DNA of 64,000 nucleotides from Marsupella aquatica. Lineage: Eukaryota > Plantae > Marchantiophyta. Position numbers and translations under genes: made by a program. This document shows positions 24,415 through 37,799 of this stretch, piece by piece (the first letter of the stretch is position 1; each line of letters opens with the position of its first letter). The stretch spans positions 26,745,233 through 26,809,232 of the forward strand of contig OZ316892.1 of NCBI GenBank assembly GCA_973895155.1, in the 5' to 3' direction. The notes below the pieces were generated by a model. It searched no databases and had not been told where the DNA came from. It saw only the letters and a program-made list of their open reading frames with translations.

Positions 24415-25375
24415 CGAGCTCAATACCCGTGCTTGCACAATTTAAGATGTCTTGATGCCCAAGATGTCGTTAAGAGAAATGATGTCATGTCGTGATGTCG
24501 TTGAGACAAAAGATGTCATTACACCCAAGATGCCGTTAAGAGAAGAGATCTTGTTAAATATGAAGTTGTTAAGTACAAAATGGTCCATAGTAAAGTGTCT
24601 GATATTTGTTAGTCATACATGTTGTCAAGTCTCCATTGCACAAAAGATATTGTTGCGTATATACGTCGTTGCATTTACAATATTGTTGAGTAAAATATGT
24701 GATTGCTCAAAAGATGTCGTTGCGCAAAAGATGTACTTTACTAAAAGATATCATTTGGCAAAAGACGTCAATGCATAATAGATGATGTTGTGCTAAAGAT
24801 GTAGTTGAAAAATATCATGGTGCAAAATATATCTTTGTTAGAAAGATCTCATTGAGTAAAAAAAATTGTTGAGTGAAAGATGTCATGACACAAAGAGAGT
24901 TGACAACCACCACCAAAGTACAACAAAATGAGAATTTATTTTTTAATTGTTTTTATAATTTATATCTTTTAAAACCTTCCTTCTTTTTCACTATTTTTCT
25001 TGTCTTGTCTTTGTCTCATTGATTAGATTGTGCACTGTTTTCTTGATTATATACTAAATGTTTGTCATTAAACTCCTCTCATGATACGATGCAGCAGTTC
25101 CTTTGCATGGATGATACGGGATGGGGCTAGTATGGCATGGATGGTAGAGGGAAGAGCACTTTGTATGTATGATTGGCATGGATGGTAGAGGGAGGAGCAT
25201 GGATGGTAAAGGGAAGACTTTGTACTTTTCTTGCTTGGAAAAACATGTTCACACAAAACATAATTAATTTCTCTTATTCCTTTCTCTTTTTATAGCTCCC
25301 TTTTCTTTCACTCAAAAAGCCTCTCCAAATTTGAATGAAGACCACTGCAAAAAATGGCGCAACTTTGTATTATAG
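24415..25375 (-). mobile_element. non-autonomous Helitron-like element, copy 1
   Basis: Homologous to 51029-51877. The minus strand begins CTATAATAC and ends with a GTGCAAGCAC hairpin followed by GGGTATTGAGCTCG|T. Internal AAGATGTCGTT-type subrepeats. No inverted termini or duplication. Confidence 0.7.
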
Positions 25376-26573
25376 GAGTTAATTATTCTACTTGGATATG
25401 GGTTCCAGTGTGGACATCCCATCACAATTGATTCCCTTGATCCCTTCATTAGTTTAGTCGACCTCGAAGTACTCAGATCCAAACACAGACTCAAATGCAA
25501 ATAGAATAACTTAATGATTTAAAAATAATAATTGGGTTGATCAGAGTGACATAATATATCGTGTAAACTAAGTCACATATTGATGTTAGTACAATCATGA
25601 GTAGGCTTTAACCTCCTATGCCTATATGTACAGTTGTGTAGATGGAGAACCTGAGTCCTGGGATTACTCAACCACTATAGATTTAATTTAGATTAGATGA
25701 GATATATGTGCCCACACTCCAGTCCTGGAACTGGTCACTCATATCTACTGTAGATGTACGCCCAAAGTATTGAGATAGTCAACCAAAGTCCTCTGATTCT
25801 CAACCACTGGGGAGTACAGTAATGAGTGATAACGAGGTAAGAGATATGTAGTTGATCATATTGCGAGGTTCAACTGAGGGTGGCTAACTTGGAGGGTGTG
25901 GGGGCCATGTTTTTTTTTTCTTCTTCTCTCCCCTCAGATTAATCTGGCGCATATCATGAGTGGAAATGAATACAATTGGTTTTACAAGAACTTGGGGGCC
26001 ACTGAAATTGACATTGCCTCCAATATGTAAATTCATCTTTACTTTAATATTAGAACGAGATTACATACAATCCTTACTTAATTTTATATTACAACAAGAT
26101 CTCAGTCCCCAGGGGACAAATAAATACTATAGTACTCAAAGACTTGACAGAGTGTCAGGTCAAAGGCTAAACAAGGGCAGGGATTTGACCACCTAAGTAT
26201 ATAGTTGGCCTAAGTACCTCAACAAGTGGTCAACAAGTGTGACACCTCAACAAGTGGTCCTAATGTGACACCCTGCGTGACACCCATCCTGCTGAACATT
26301 ATAGTGGAAAATATGTCAGGCAGCAACATATTAGGTCCCAAATTCCAAATACTGTTTCAGGTCTACAGCTCCTGGAAACCCATTTATTACAACCCCTTGG
26401 GACCCCACCTTGTTGTCTGCTGAGTGTTCCATTTAGGGGATAAGAGAGACTTTATACCGTCATAGGCAAGAAAAAATCCTTGAAGATTTGGCCCTCATGT
26501 CTTGATATAAGGGGACCATTTAGGAAATTGAGATTCATTTAGCAAGGTACAATTCTACTTCACACTAAACTAA

Positions 26574-26908
26574 CTACACTGTCCACCACAATTAGTGTTA
26601 GTCACACCCCGAGTCACACTTATTGGGTTAGCCCTTCAAATTTTAGGTCTCACATATAATAGTGTGAGTCACATTAGTTTAGGTGTCACACTAATTCCAG
26701 TTCACTGCACACACAGTCAGAGAATAGAGTCATAAAACTGAGACCCAAGTGGACTCTCAATTCAATACAAAGAAAACAATGTGACTTAATATACTTAATT
26801 AGTGTGATTAGGGCTAGAAAACAATTGTTTACATCATTTTGTGTGAGTCACTCTAATTTTGGTGTCACACTAATCATATACTAACTCTATTTACAGTGGA
26901 CAGTGTAG
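26574..26908. mobile_element. 335-bp MITE
   Basis: Perfect inverted ends CTACACTGTCCAC and GTGGACAGTGTAG flanked by TAA on both sides (Tourist/PIF reading). An alternative reading is a CACTGTCCAC terminus with TA duplication (Tc1/mariner). Confidence 0.78.
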
Positions 26909-28296
26909 TAAATCACAAAATGAATTTACTCCATGCCTATTGTGTAGAGTGAAACCTCTACTGTAGAACTTTGACTGGGCTGAGGAACTAGGGGAGTGAG
27001 ACTCCTGTCAGGATCCTTCCAAATATTAACAATTTATGATGCAAAAAATTTGAGCAGTTAGGCTAGTTGGTCTACTAAATAATCTTTCCTGGCTGCCCCC
27101 CCCCCCCCCCCCCAGAGCAACCTTTCCCAGGTCCCTGCCTTGGAATTAGGGAGTGTGACCTTAACAAAGGGAAGTTTTGAAAGAAAATGAGAAATTTGCC
27201 ACACAAGGAGGTTCAATAGAACTGTATAGTCAGGACTGAGCACTAATGAGGGTTGACTGTGTAGGCTCGCTCCTCCGTCCCAAGCCACTGTTGGCTGGTT
27301 GCCATAGTCCTACCACAGAATTGTTCTTCATCATCATCTCTTGCTCAGAGTACCCAGCTGAGTACTGCGTAGGGCAGCTATATATCACACTGCCAAAAAG
27401 GCAGGAACACCAAACCAGGAGACATGGTCCCAAAGGCGAAAGAACCCAATAAAGGGCGGGGAAGGGAAAGACCCCAAGAGGACCAAAGAGGCCCAACAAG
27501 TCAAGGAGTAACCCAGAAAAACCAAAAGACTACAAAGCAAACAACAAACCAAAAACCCTATTGGGCGGTAAACTGAAAAGCCTCCTGCTTGGCAATAGAA
27601 ATGTTTTGAAGCATGGAGGGGTTCAATTTCCATGCACAGTTACTTTACATTTGCATTGCCAATAGTAATTTATGATTTAGTTCAGGTGTCTCTGACATTG
27701 CCTTATTTTTTCTCACTTGTTTTTCTTACAAGCTCTACACTGTTCACCACAATTTGTCTTGGTAATAATATTTGTGTAGCCTAAATTTATGGGGCTTACT
27801 CTTCAATTAACAATACTAATTTTAATTACAGACAACCCCTAATAGTGTATGCATTTAATAAAATTGTGGAATACTAATTCCAGTTTTTGCATGACGCTAC
27901 TTGGAGAGTAAAGATAGAAATGGCATTGCTCTCTCACCTCAAACAGCCCACCAAAACACATACCTTGGGTGGGGGAGAGATCGGCACTCCTCCTGAGGCA
28001 TGCAACCATATATGAGGTCACCACCTTTTGTTAGGCAAGCCAATGGGCAGTAGTTTGTGACAAGGTAACAATAAATACACCTACATTGTTCTAATACTTA
28101 TTTTCCTATCTTGACTTTTTTTGTGACATACCATGCAACCTTTCCATGTGTGCCCAACAGAGTCTGAAATGTTGAACTATGACGTCATTCTCTATGATAA
28201 GATCATGACTTATCCCAGGCACACATAGTCAACACACTCTTCTCCCAGGCTACATCCACACAAACATGAAAACTTTACTTAAGAGTAGTCTCCACA

Positions 28297-28300
<4 letters not shown>

Positions 28301-28339
<39 letters not shown>
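28301..28339. repeat. (CT)n microsatellite
   Basis: About 19 CT units. Confidence 0.95.
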
Positions 28340-28343
<4 letters not shown>

Positions 28344-30684
28344 CACTTAGTTACAATGAGCAAGTATCATCATACTAGTGGCTTACATTAGCCCTGGTAT
28401 ATGCAAGGTCACATACAACTAGCCTAACCTTAGCTAAGTATCTAACTGTGGTTATGTTAGTCTAATTGTTGTAACCTATGAGTCACAAGACTAGGAGCAA
28501 TCCCTAACATGAAATTTTTCCGCAATTGGGTCTCTTTTATTCTCTTGATTGGCTTAAGAAATGTCTTTATGGTGGGAAGCCTCCTTGGTCATTGGATTAT
28601 CATTCAATGATGATATGGTATGGTGTACACACTTTTTCCCCATGCCGAACCCATCGCTCTCCCCGCAGATGTGCACTGACTCCTGAAATTCACTTGTCAG
28701 GTTGAGTTGCCGACTCCCCACAATGACCAATTGCCTGACCATTTCACATATGCCGTATCATTTGTGCTCAACATTACTTACTATCAATAATACTGTGCAA
28801 CAAACCGGCGTTGACTTGGACTAGTTAAAAAATATAACTTACTCTAAAACAACCAAAGAACTGAAATGAATCATATATATATATATATATATATCATGGT
28901 GCAAAACAAGACACTAAAAACACCAAAAAGGGAGATAAAATACAAGGACTGAACCAGTTGTGGGAACACTATTTTTTAATCATCATGAGAATTTCCAGTA
29001 ATCACACTAAGTAACTGATGTCTATCCTTGACAACTAAAAGTGATATTTATCACACAAAGATTCTGAGTATCACACTAATTTATGTCTATGCTCGACAAT
29101 TAAAAGTGAATTTGTGTCACAACTCCTAAGCTGGAGTCACCACCCAAAGATAGGAAACCTAGTAAAGGGGAGAATGTTTGAGGATTAAAAGTAACACTAT
29201 ACAACTGAGGTAGAAGTATCAGAGTACCTTACTGTTGGGTTTGTTTTCGGATTAAAAGTGAAAGGATACAACTAAGGGCGGTTGTGATTCCATAGAACAA
29301 AGACAGAATGTGTAAGAACACGAGTGCATACACGAAAGAGCTAGGAAAAGCAGTATTCTGCAGATGAACTGCAACTCCCCCAAAGGCCAAAGATAAAGGG
29401 CACTATCAACCCTGCAACCAGGAGACCCCGAGCCAGGGCGCGACAGAGAATTCAAACCAAAACAAAGCACATCGCCCTTGCTTCTCATTGTGGCAAGTGG
29501 CAAGTGCAAAAGATGGAGTGTGAACCGCAGGCTAAAATGAAAATGTAACAAGCTAAAAAACTGCAGCAAAAGTAAAAACACAACAGCCTAGATCTAGAAG
29601 GAGAATGATGAGAGGAACCCGGTGAGGAACCAGACATCAGATCCGGTCCAGCACAAAAGAGAAAAGGGCATTCCCTGTCAGAGAGGTCCATGAGGACGGT
29701 TCTCAAGAAGCTTGAATCGGCTTGAATTAACCTTTTGTAAACTGAAATGCACTTGTATCTCCCCAATGGATGACCTTGATCACATCTTCGAGACCAAAAA
29801 AAACTTGAAACTTGAAACTGCCACCAAGGCCATGTGGTGCCACCCTATAGCCCAACTATGCACCAAACTGAAAAGCCTGGTGGTGCTCCAGAGTAAACCG
29901 TCCTCATATAGCATGCTCATCCTGAAACATTCTTCATTTTTTAGTGATATACAGGTGTTCTAATTAAAATATAAACAGGACATTGACTAGAAAGACATAC
30001 ACGGTATGATATTGAAACTTGTGCACATAAGGTACAAAATTAATCCGTGGACCCCCATGTTCATCCAAGGAATGTGTGTTTGATGAAGTGAAATCAATTT
30101 TCAACAAGACGGTAATCGCCCGGGTAATCGACGGTTTTGAGTTTCCCGATGGTCTTGGTGTGTGCTCGTACAAAAGAAAAGTAACGCTCAAAAGATAGAG
30201 GAGATTTATCAACGGAAGGTTGAATATGGAGGAATTGAGTTTTTTGACGGTTTTTGCTTACACATTATAGAAATCGTGTTTCTATCATTCATGATTGATC
30301 GTTTGTGAGTTACATTGAGCATTACCGCCACAAGACAGCCCGGAGGACAACACTTAGCTATTGGCAAAAGAGCGCTTGTCGATTCGATGGGAAGAACACA
30401 CAAAACAAACAAGTCATCGCTTCACATGAAGGATTTGTAGTTTTTTTTATTTAAGAAAGCTATGGTGTAAGAGGTAGACCAATGATTGTTTCTTTGACAT
30501 AGAGGCTGCATTTGGTGTCAACCTATGTTCAGAGTGAGCTTCAGTTGAAGACTAGAGGAATGCAAACAATTCAAGCCGGGAAGCAAGCATTGTGGACAAG
30601 GGATGGCGACGTAATCAAAGAAATCAATTTTCAACGGCTAAGTTTGTGACGGTGATGAGATTGTGATATCTTTTAATCGAGAAA

Positions 30685-31100
30685 AGGCTTTCCAATGAGC
30701 CTCAGATTGACAAATTTTGTCAAGTTCCAAATGAGTTTTTGAATTCTTTGCCTTTCCAATGAGTGAGTATAAGAAATATTGATCATGAGGTTTTCAATCT
30801 CTCTAGCTTTCTAATGTGTGACATTGAGATTATTTGTCAAGAATTACAGAGATCATGAGTATCTGAATTTCTCTAGCTTTCCAATGAACCTAACATTGAT
30901 AGATTTTGTCAAGTACTAAGGAGATGATGAGTTTTTAGTTTTACTTTAGTTTTCCAATGAGTGTGACATTGAGAGATTTTATCAAGACAATACTAAAGAG
31001 GTCACGAGTTTCTAAATCTTGATCTTGAGTTTTCCAATGAATCAAACATTGACAGATTTTATCAAGTACTAAGGAGATTGATTATTTAGTTTTACAATGT
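30685..31100. repeat. degenerate ~60-80 bp tandem repeat (~7 copies)
   Basis: Recurring TTTCCAATGA...ACATTGA.AGATTTT.TCAAG...GA.CATGAGT. Confidence 0.75.
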
Positions 31101-32449
31101 GAAGCCAAAGGGGTTTTAACTATGTACATTTCTATTGGTTGGTTTTTCAAGCTTGCAAACAATTAAAAATACAAGCATTTTGATATAAAACACTGATATA
31201 TCTTTGACAAACATCAAAATGGTAACTTTATTTTACTAAATGACATACTCCCTTTGTATTTTGGTTTTTTTTACATTCAATATTTACGGCATGGCGCCCC
31301 AAAAATTACATTGCTTTTGCCACAAACAGGAATGTGCACGTTTGGTATTGTTAAAAGTATGATCATTCCTGTTTGTGGCTGGTTGTGATGATGTGGTGCA
31401 ACCTCGTGACAGGGAATTTGCAAGAGACCTCTCATGGGGGTCCGTAAATAAAAGTACACATGTAAACAAAAATAATAATGAACAGGAAAGTTTAAGTTTA
31501 TGGTATTGGGATGTGCACATAATCTACATGAGTAGAGATACTTATGTACTTACTTTAGGTAATGACCTCAAAATAATTAAAACCATAACTTTAGGATACA
31601 AAACCATGAGTAGTACGTAAAGACATAAGGTGTGCATATTATTTAGATCATTTCTTCTGTACTCCTGAGAATCGGGGCTAGAAATTCAACGAGCTTTGTT
31701 ACAGGGTAGATGATCTTAAAATATAACAAAGATTTTTTTAAAAGTAGATCTTAAAATATAGCAAAGATTTAAAAAAAATAGAGGGGTGCCAGGATAAATT
31801 GGAAATCTAAACTATACAAGGGATGCACCTTGGTGAGACACATTGAAGTAAAAATGCATAACAAAAGAAGTTTGAATAAGACAAAATATTGAAAGTTGCA
31901 TTCACCATATATAGCATCTTGAAATCCTGATAAAAGATGCACAAAAACGAAATTGACTGGAAAGGACACTTATTAGACTCAAGAAAAGGGAGAAAACAAA
32001 GATGGAACCACTTGTGGGATCCATAACTTACAAAACAAAAACATTATCACCGCTTGGGTTTCCACTGGTCAAGAATATTTCGTGTATCACGCTAACCCAT
32101 GACTATATAATTATAACAAATACAATGGGGAATGATTGAGGGACTAAAAGTGATAGGGACAAGTATTAGAGTAGCTGATGTCAATGTTTGAGTATTAAAA
32201 AATGATAGGATTCAACTGAGGGATGAGCACAGTTCTCAAGAAGCTTTGGCCCACATTCCCACACTGCATTTGACTCTTTCTCTTGGATGATGCAGTTGTG
32301 AATTAGTGCCCACCTTCTTGGCACTGTAGCTTATTAAGAAGCAGTATCTGGTCAAAGCCTTTCTGCTTCTCGATCGAGATTTTGGAAGGATTGTTCTCTC
32401 AGATCGGTGATTTAGATGCTGGGTAACTTCAGTATTAGCGCGAGAGATC

Positions 32450-32695
32450 TTTATTGTACATCACTGATGATTCCTGAAGAGAGAGGGAGAGTAGTTGTAC
32501 GTCACTGATGAATTCCTTAAGAGACGGAGAGAGAGAGGGATTAATTGTCCATCACTGATGAATTCGTGAAGAGACTGAGAGAGAGATCAATTAATTTCAC
32601 TGATGAATGCGTGAAGAGACGGGGAGAGCGAGCGATCGAGGTCGAGGGATTAATTGTACATCACTGATAAATTACACATCACTGATAAATTACAC
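32450..32695 (+). promoter_or_regulatory. repeated motif cluster directly upstream of the AUX1/LAX-like start codon
   Basis: (A)TCACTGAT(G/A)A occurs about 6 times, several preceded by TTGTAC or TTGTCC and separated by GA-rich runs. A regulatory role is inferred from position only. Confidence 0.4.
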
Positions 32696-32721
32696 AGAGA
32701 GAGGGAGAGAGAGAGAGAGAG

Positions 32722-35700
32722 ATGACAGTCGTCAATGGACATGCGCAGGAGGCAGCTTCCAACGGTGTCCATCACTCCGGAAAATACACAGGAGGAGGAC
32801 AGGAGCATTACTGGACGAGTGGACTGAAGAAACTGGTGCTCAAGACTGGCCTCTTTGGCCATAGCGATGGGAGCTTCGACGCCTGGCTCACTGCTTGTGC
32901 CGCACAGGTCTCACCATAATTCATATACTGACGAACTGAAGAACTGAAAATTGACCCAGGCTTCTCTCTGAGTTGTCCAATGTCTTCTGCTGTCTTCTAC
33001 GCGTTGCTTAGTTTGAGATGTCACCAACATATATAACTGAGATCAGGCTGAAACATTTGAACTTCTACGATCTTACATCTGAGAGATTTTGTACGAATAA
33101 AACACTCAGCTCGTGGCTGATGAGAAAGGCATCACTGACACGTACCATTGAATTCGTTTTGCTGAAGAAGTTCAAACAGAATCAAGTGGCCATTGTCTAT
33201 GCGCTCCCTGGCTGTGCCGCAGCTGGCCTGACTGAAAGAATTATTTTCAATGCATTACCATTGCTCGAATGTATAGCTCACTGGGAGTTCTTGTCTCTGC
33301 GTAGATTGGGCAAGTGGTTCTAACTGTCCCGACCACACTGGCTCAAATGGGATATGCGTGGGGCGTGGTATCGCTAATTGCATACGGCCTCGCGGGTTGG
33401 TGGATGTGCTACATTTTATCATGGATGTTCTTTGAGTTCAAAGCAAAACTTGAAAATCAACAAAGCCCTCCTAAGGAGAAACGTGTTCTTCAGGTAACAT
33501 ATCGATCATGGAAACCAACCTTCGCCAATTTGGGTCCAGAAACACTAGCGCGAGAGAGAAGTTCGAGTTTCTCATTGCGTCCTGGTGGAAGTCTCTGCAA
33601 AATGTCAAGCTCGTACCAGCTCGATCTAAGGTCTCTCTGTTGTGCGTTCATACCGTGGGAAGGTTGGACGTACAATATGAACTGACCCTTGATTTTCTTT
33701 GTTAAGAGAGTTTTGTCGCAGAAAGTGTTGGTGCATGTTACTGTATGTGATTGAAGTCGCCGTTTGCGTGCAGTATTATGACGTAATTCGAGGAATGGCG
33801 GGAAGGCCCCTAGGATATATCACGTTCTGCTTCATCATGCTGTCTCTCTTTTTGGCGGGCGTCATCCAGTTAGTTTCATCGGCCAGGTCCTTGTTACACC
33901 CTTCCCCAGCTGAAATTATGTTTGCTTGGTTTAGAATTGGCTTTGGCATTCCGCAGAGTCAGTCCAGCCAAGCGACAAACACGCTAGCTATCATCTTGAG
34001 GAAATTTGAAGCTGACAAAGGGATTTCAATTTTTGGTTCAGTAATGTGTACTACGCCAACGATCACTTGAACAAGCGGCAATGGACTTTTGTGGCTGGGG
34101 CCATCTCCATGCTAAGCATCTTTCTCCCGAATTTCCTCCACTTTCGAGGAATCTCGTTCCTCGGAGTAGCCACCACGACAATTGCGGCTTTGTACCTCGT
34201 CATTGCTGCTTTCAGTCATGGCCAGGTGCTCTCTCACTCTCTCAATCAGTCGTGCCCTTTGCTGGAGTTGAGCAATCAGTTTCCCAATCTGTCCCTTACA
34301 AGTTACCAGAAATGTGCATTAATTCATCGTTTGGATTTGCTTCCAAGTGTCTGCATGATGAAAGAATAACACGGCGCAAGCCCTACTAATAACTCTTTTT
34401 TGTGGATGTTTGTGTCAGCGTGGCATCATAACCCACACTGGCCCCAAGGGAAATCAGCTATTTTTCACCGGCATGACAAACTGCATCTTTGTCTGGGGTG
34501 GGCATGGTATCACCATGTAAGTAGGTTCTAATTCTTTGACGACAACTTACCGTGAGTTTCTTGCTCGTCAATGTCCTCGAGGTAATTTGAACCATGATGT
34601 CGAGCATCAAAGCTCTTGGATCATGTCGAGAAATCAGGAATTCTATAAAATCTCAGTAACAGTTTTCCCTCTTCAAGAATCTCCCGATCAAACGTACTGA
34701 AGGCAAGATTGTGATGCCATTTTCTCTGCAGAGAAATACTAGACGCGATGAAACGCCCCCAGAGATTCAAGTTCCTGTATCTTGGGGTTGTAGTATACAG
34801 TCTAGCGGTCATACTTCCCAGTAGCATAGCTATATACTGGGCCTACGGTGATAAGTTGCTCACCCGAGGAAACGCTTTTGCTGTTTTACCACCAAGCGGC
34901 TGGCGTACCTTCGCCATATCGTGTATGATTTTGCATCAGGTACTTGCTCTTCCCCTATCTGTTGACTCACATTCCATACCAGGAGGCTTTTTCACACTTC
35001 ATCTTTGATTGAACAGAAAACAATTGTAAACGATTGGGTACTATTTACTCAGCTAAAATTGCCCTTTCAGGACACATGCAGCATAAAGCTCTGTAGAAAG
35101 ACGCTTCTGTCAGCAGTTTGATGCACAACATGCATTCGGGCACGTCATGACATTGGACCGGGTCAATTTATACCCTGAAATGAAACTCACATTATTCTGA
35201 GTGACTGGCAGATGAGCATACAGTTCCAAGGCAAACCCTCCCCTGATTAATTACACTTGCCTCATTTGAACCATCCATAATGCAAACCCTCGGTCGAGAG
35301 TCAGTAATTTGCATGATTCCCCCACAGTGGTAGCCAACGAGTAAGGCTCTGTTTCTAGAGTCTGGGTGGACTCGTAGAGTGAACCATAAGTTTTCTCATC
35401 TTGTATTCAGACAGCTCTCTTCTTCAGGGACCATTCATGAGATGAGGACTGCACTTGGAGCATGCCCTCATGACCCTCGGCCGAGAGCTTTTTTTATTAA
35501 TAGTTATCCAATAACTTTGAAATGGGATCTCCTAAGTATGAATTTAAAGGATGACCAATAGATTGACGAGTGAATGGAAGATTGTCGAAAATCGTTGAAT
35601 CTTACTCAAATCTGCTCATTGAGAATCGTTTCAGTCCATGTGATTGAGCAGACAGAGCTTTGAAACGAGAATTACACAATCTTGAAAATGTGAGGTATAT

Positions 35701-37038
35701 ATGTAACAATTCTGATCTCGAGGTGATGTGATGTCCCATGAGCAGATTATGGTCTACATCATCTATATGGTCGCAGTGTTTATTACACTAGAGAAAATTG
35801 TTGGGATACACAATGGAAGGTACATCTGGCGGACGCTTGTGAGAATCCCTCTTGTTCTTGGGGTCTGGGTTGTGGCGCTGGCGATCCCCTTCTTCGGGCT
35901 CATCAACTCCGTCATGGGAGCTTTCATCGTCACCTTTTCAATCTACGTTGTTCCTCCTGTTGCTTTCTTCATCCAGTACCGCACAGCAGCTGCCCGGGAG
36001 GTGAGCTGATTTCAATTTGCATCCCTTGGCATCCCCTTGGTTGAGTCGGATCACTCAGTTGGGGAGTTTGGCCATGTCAAGTATGTCAATGCTGAACAGG
36101 CTTTCTCCTTATTCCCCCATCTTAGAGATCTTGTGCGAGGAAGGTCTGAACTATGGATTGTGAGTGGGGAAGACTCGAGTTTTCAATATGATGATACCAA
36201 AGTACATTGCGCACAAGACTCTTCCGTTTCCTTCGTCTCAAATCTCATTCTTCATATCTCTTTTCTTTAGACTCTCTTTGCTTCAAATTCCCCACAACCT
36301 CTTCCTCTCATTTACAGAGCTGTTCAGTACTCTTCTGATGACTACATTTTTTAAGTCCCTCTGTCCCCTCACATCTCCAGCCTTTTGATGTATATTTTGG
36401 AGGTCTCATTGCCTCGGTTCCATTTCTCTGTGATTTTCCTTCTCTTCCTTTAAACGGGAATCGAGGAATAACAAATTTTTGTAGACCACAGGATGTGATT
36501 TAGTTTAATCACACAGAAGTCATAGCGTATTTCAATCTGGTAGAGCAGACATTCTGAATCACAAGAATAGCTTCAGTCGAAGAAGTGCAACACTTTTACT
36601 TCTTAGTTCTTACAGTCTTTCTCTCAAATCTCTTTCACTCGGATTATGGGCTCTCAACCCTCGTCTTCCTTTGAAGTGTTCTGGCGGCAGACATTTCGCT
36701 GGAGTGCACATTATCTAACCATGTGCTCACATCCTGGACCTGCATGACTTTACATCTCAAAGAAATTGATGCTGAGCTAAGAAGCAAGCTGAGTGGAGTT
36801 TAACATCACCTCTGATTCGATGTCTTTCCTTTCTGTTTCGCAGAGTTCTGGGCAGGCTCCGCCTCTGATTGTTGGTCGGAGCTGGACAGTGATGTTCATC
36901 GTCAATGGCATTATTGCAATTTTGACGCTGGTCATTGGATTGGGTTGGGGAGGGTGGGCCAGCATAAAGACCGTCATTGCCAACGTTCATACATTTGGCA
37001 TCTTTTCGGCATGCTATCAATGTCCTCCCAAAAAATAA
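32722..37038 (+). CDS. AUX1/LAX-like amino acid/auxin permease (AAAP family), divergent
   Basis: Exons 32722-32907, 33305-33493, 33774-33886, 34042-34225, 34419-34516, 34732-34939, 35746-36000, 36844-37038, all GT-AG and frame-compatible. Motifs GSFDAWL..AAQIGQVVLT, SNVYYANDHLNKRQW, FTGMTN..GGHGITIEILDAMKRPQRFK, IPFFGLINSVMGA, GLGWGGWAS and FGIFSACYQCPP match AUX1/LAX. Confidence 0.92.
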
Positions 37039-37799
37039 TTTGATCGAATCCTCATGAAGTTGAAGCAATTGTGAAGGATCGGGAGCGGAGCAATGACCAA
37101 GAACACGAATCAATCAAAAGGTCTATGATGGGCACCCAGCTACGCTATTATAACATATACAGTAGATTGCAGTCAAAATAGGTTGTCCAACAGAGACATA
37201 TAGGCAACGAGATATTGAGCACATACTTTACTGGGAGAACACAAGGAATTGTACATAACCAGAGGAGGGGAGGGACGGAAGCGCCTCCAGGCCCAATGCT
37301 CATCAACATCTAACTGATCCATTTACGAGGCGATCGTCAGAAGTCAGACACGCTCCTTACATCCCCATGATATTTAGAACTATTCAGCAGGGATGCACTT
37401 ACAGAGTTTTTGTCACTACCTCAAATCAGTCATGCCGTCAGTAGCCGCCCGGATCTGCCTTCACTCACCTGAAAATTCATGGGAGGGCTCCTGGGCGGGC
37501 ATCATTTTCCTCCCATTGGGTTATTCTCTGGCCTGTCCTGCGAACAAATCAAACAGAATTGGAGTAAAAGTAGATTTGACAGGCACAAGAGCTATCGACT
37601 CGGTCGAAAGCTGTGGAGATAAGCACAGTAGCTCCAATTTGCAGTGAAGTAAGGCAGTCGCTCAAGTACTTGTCAAAAGACCAAATAATCAACTTATTAT
37701 TGAAGCACAATGAATGAGAGACTGCCTCTTGACTGCTACCGATCCCGGGATGTTGAGTGAACGTTAATTCTGGTCGTGAGATGTTGCGCCGTTCACTGC

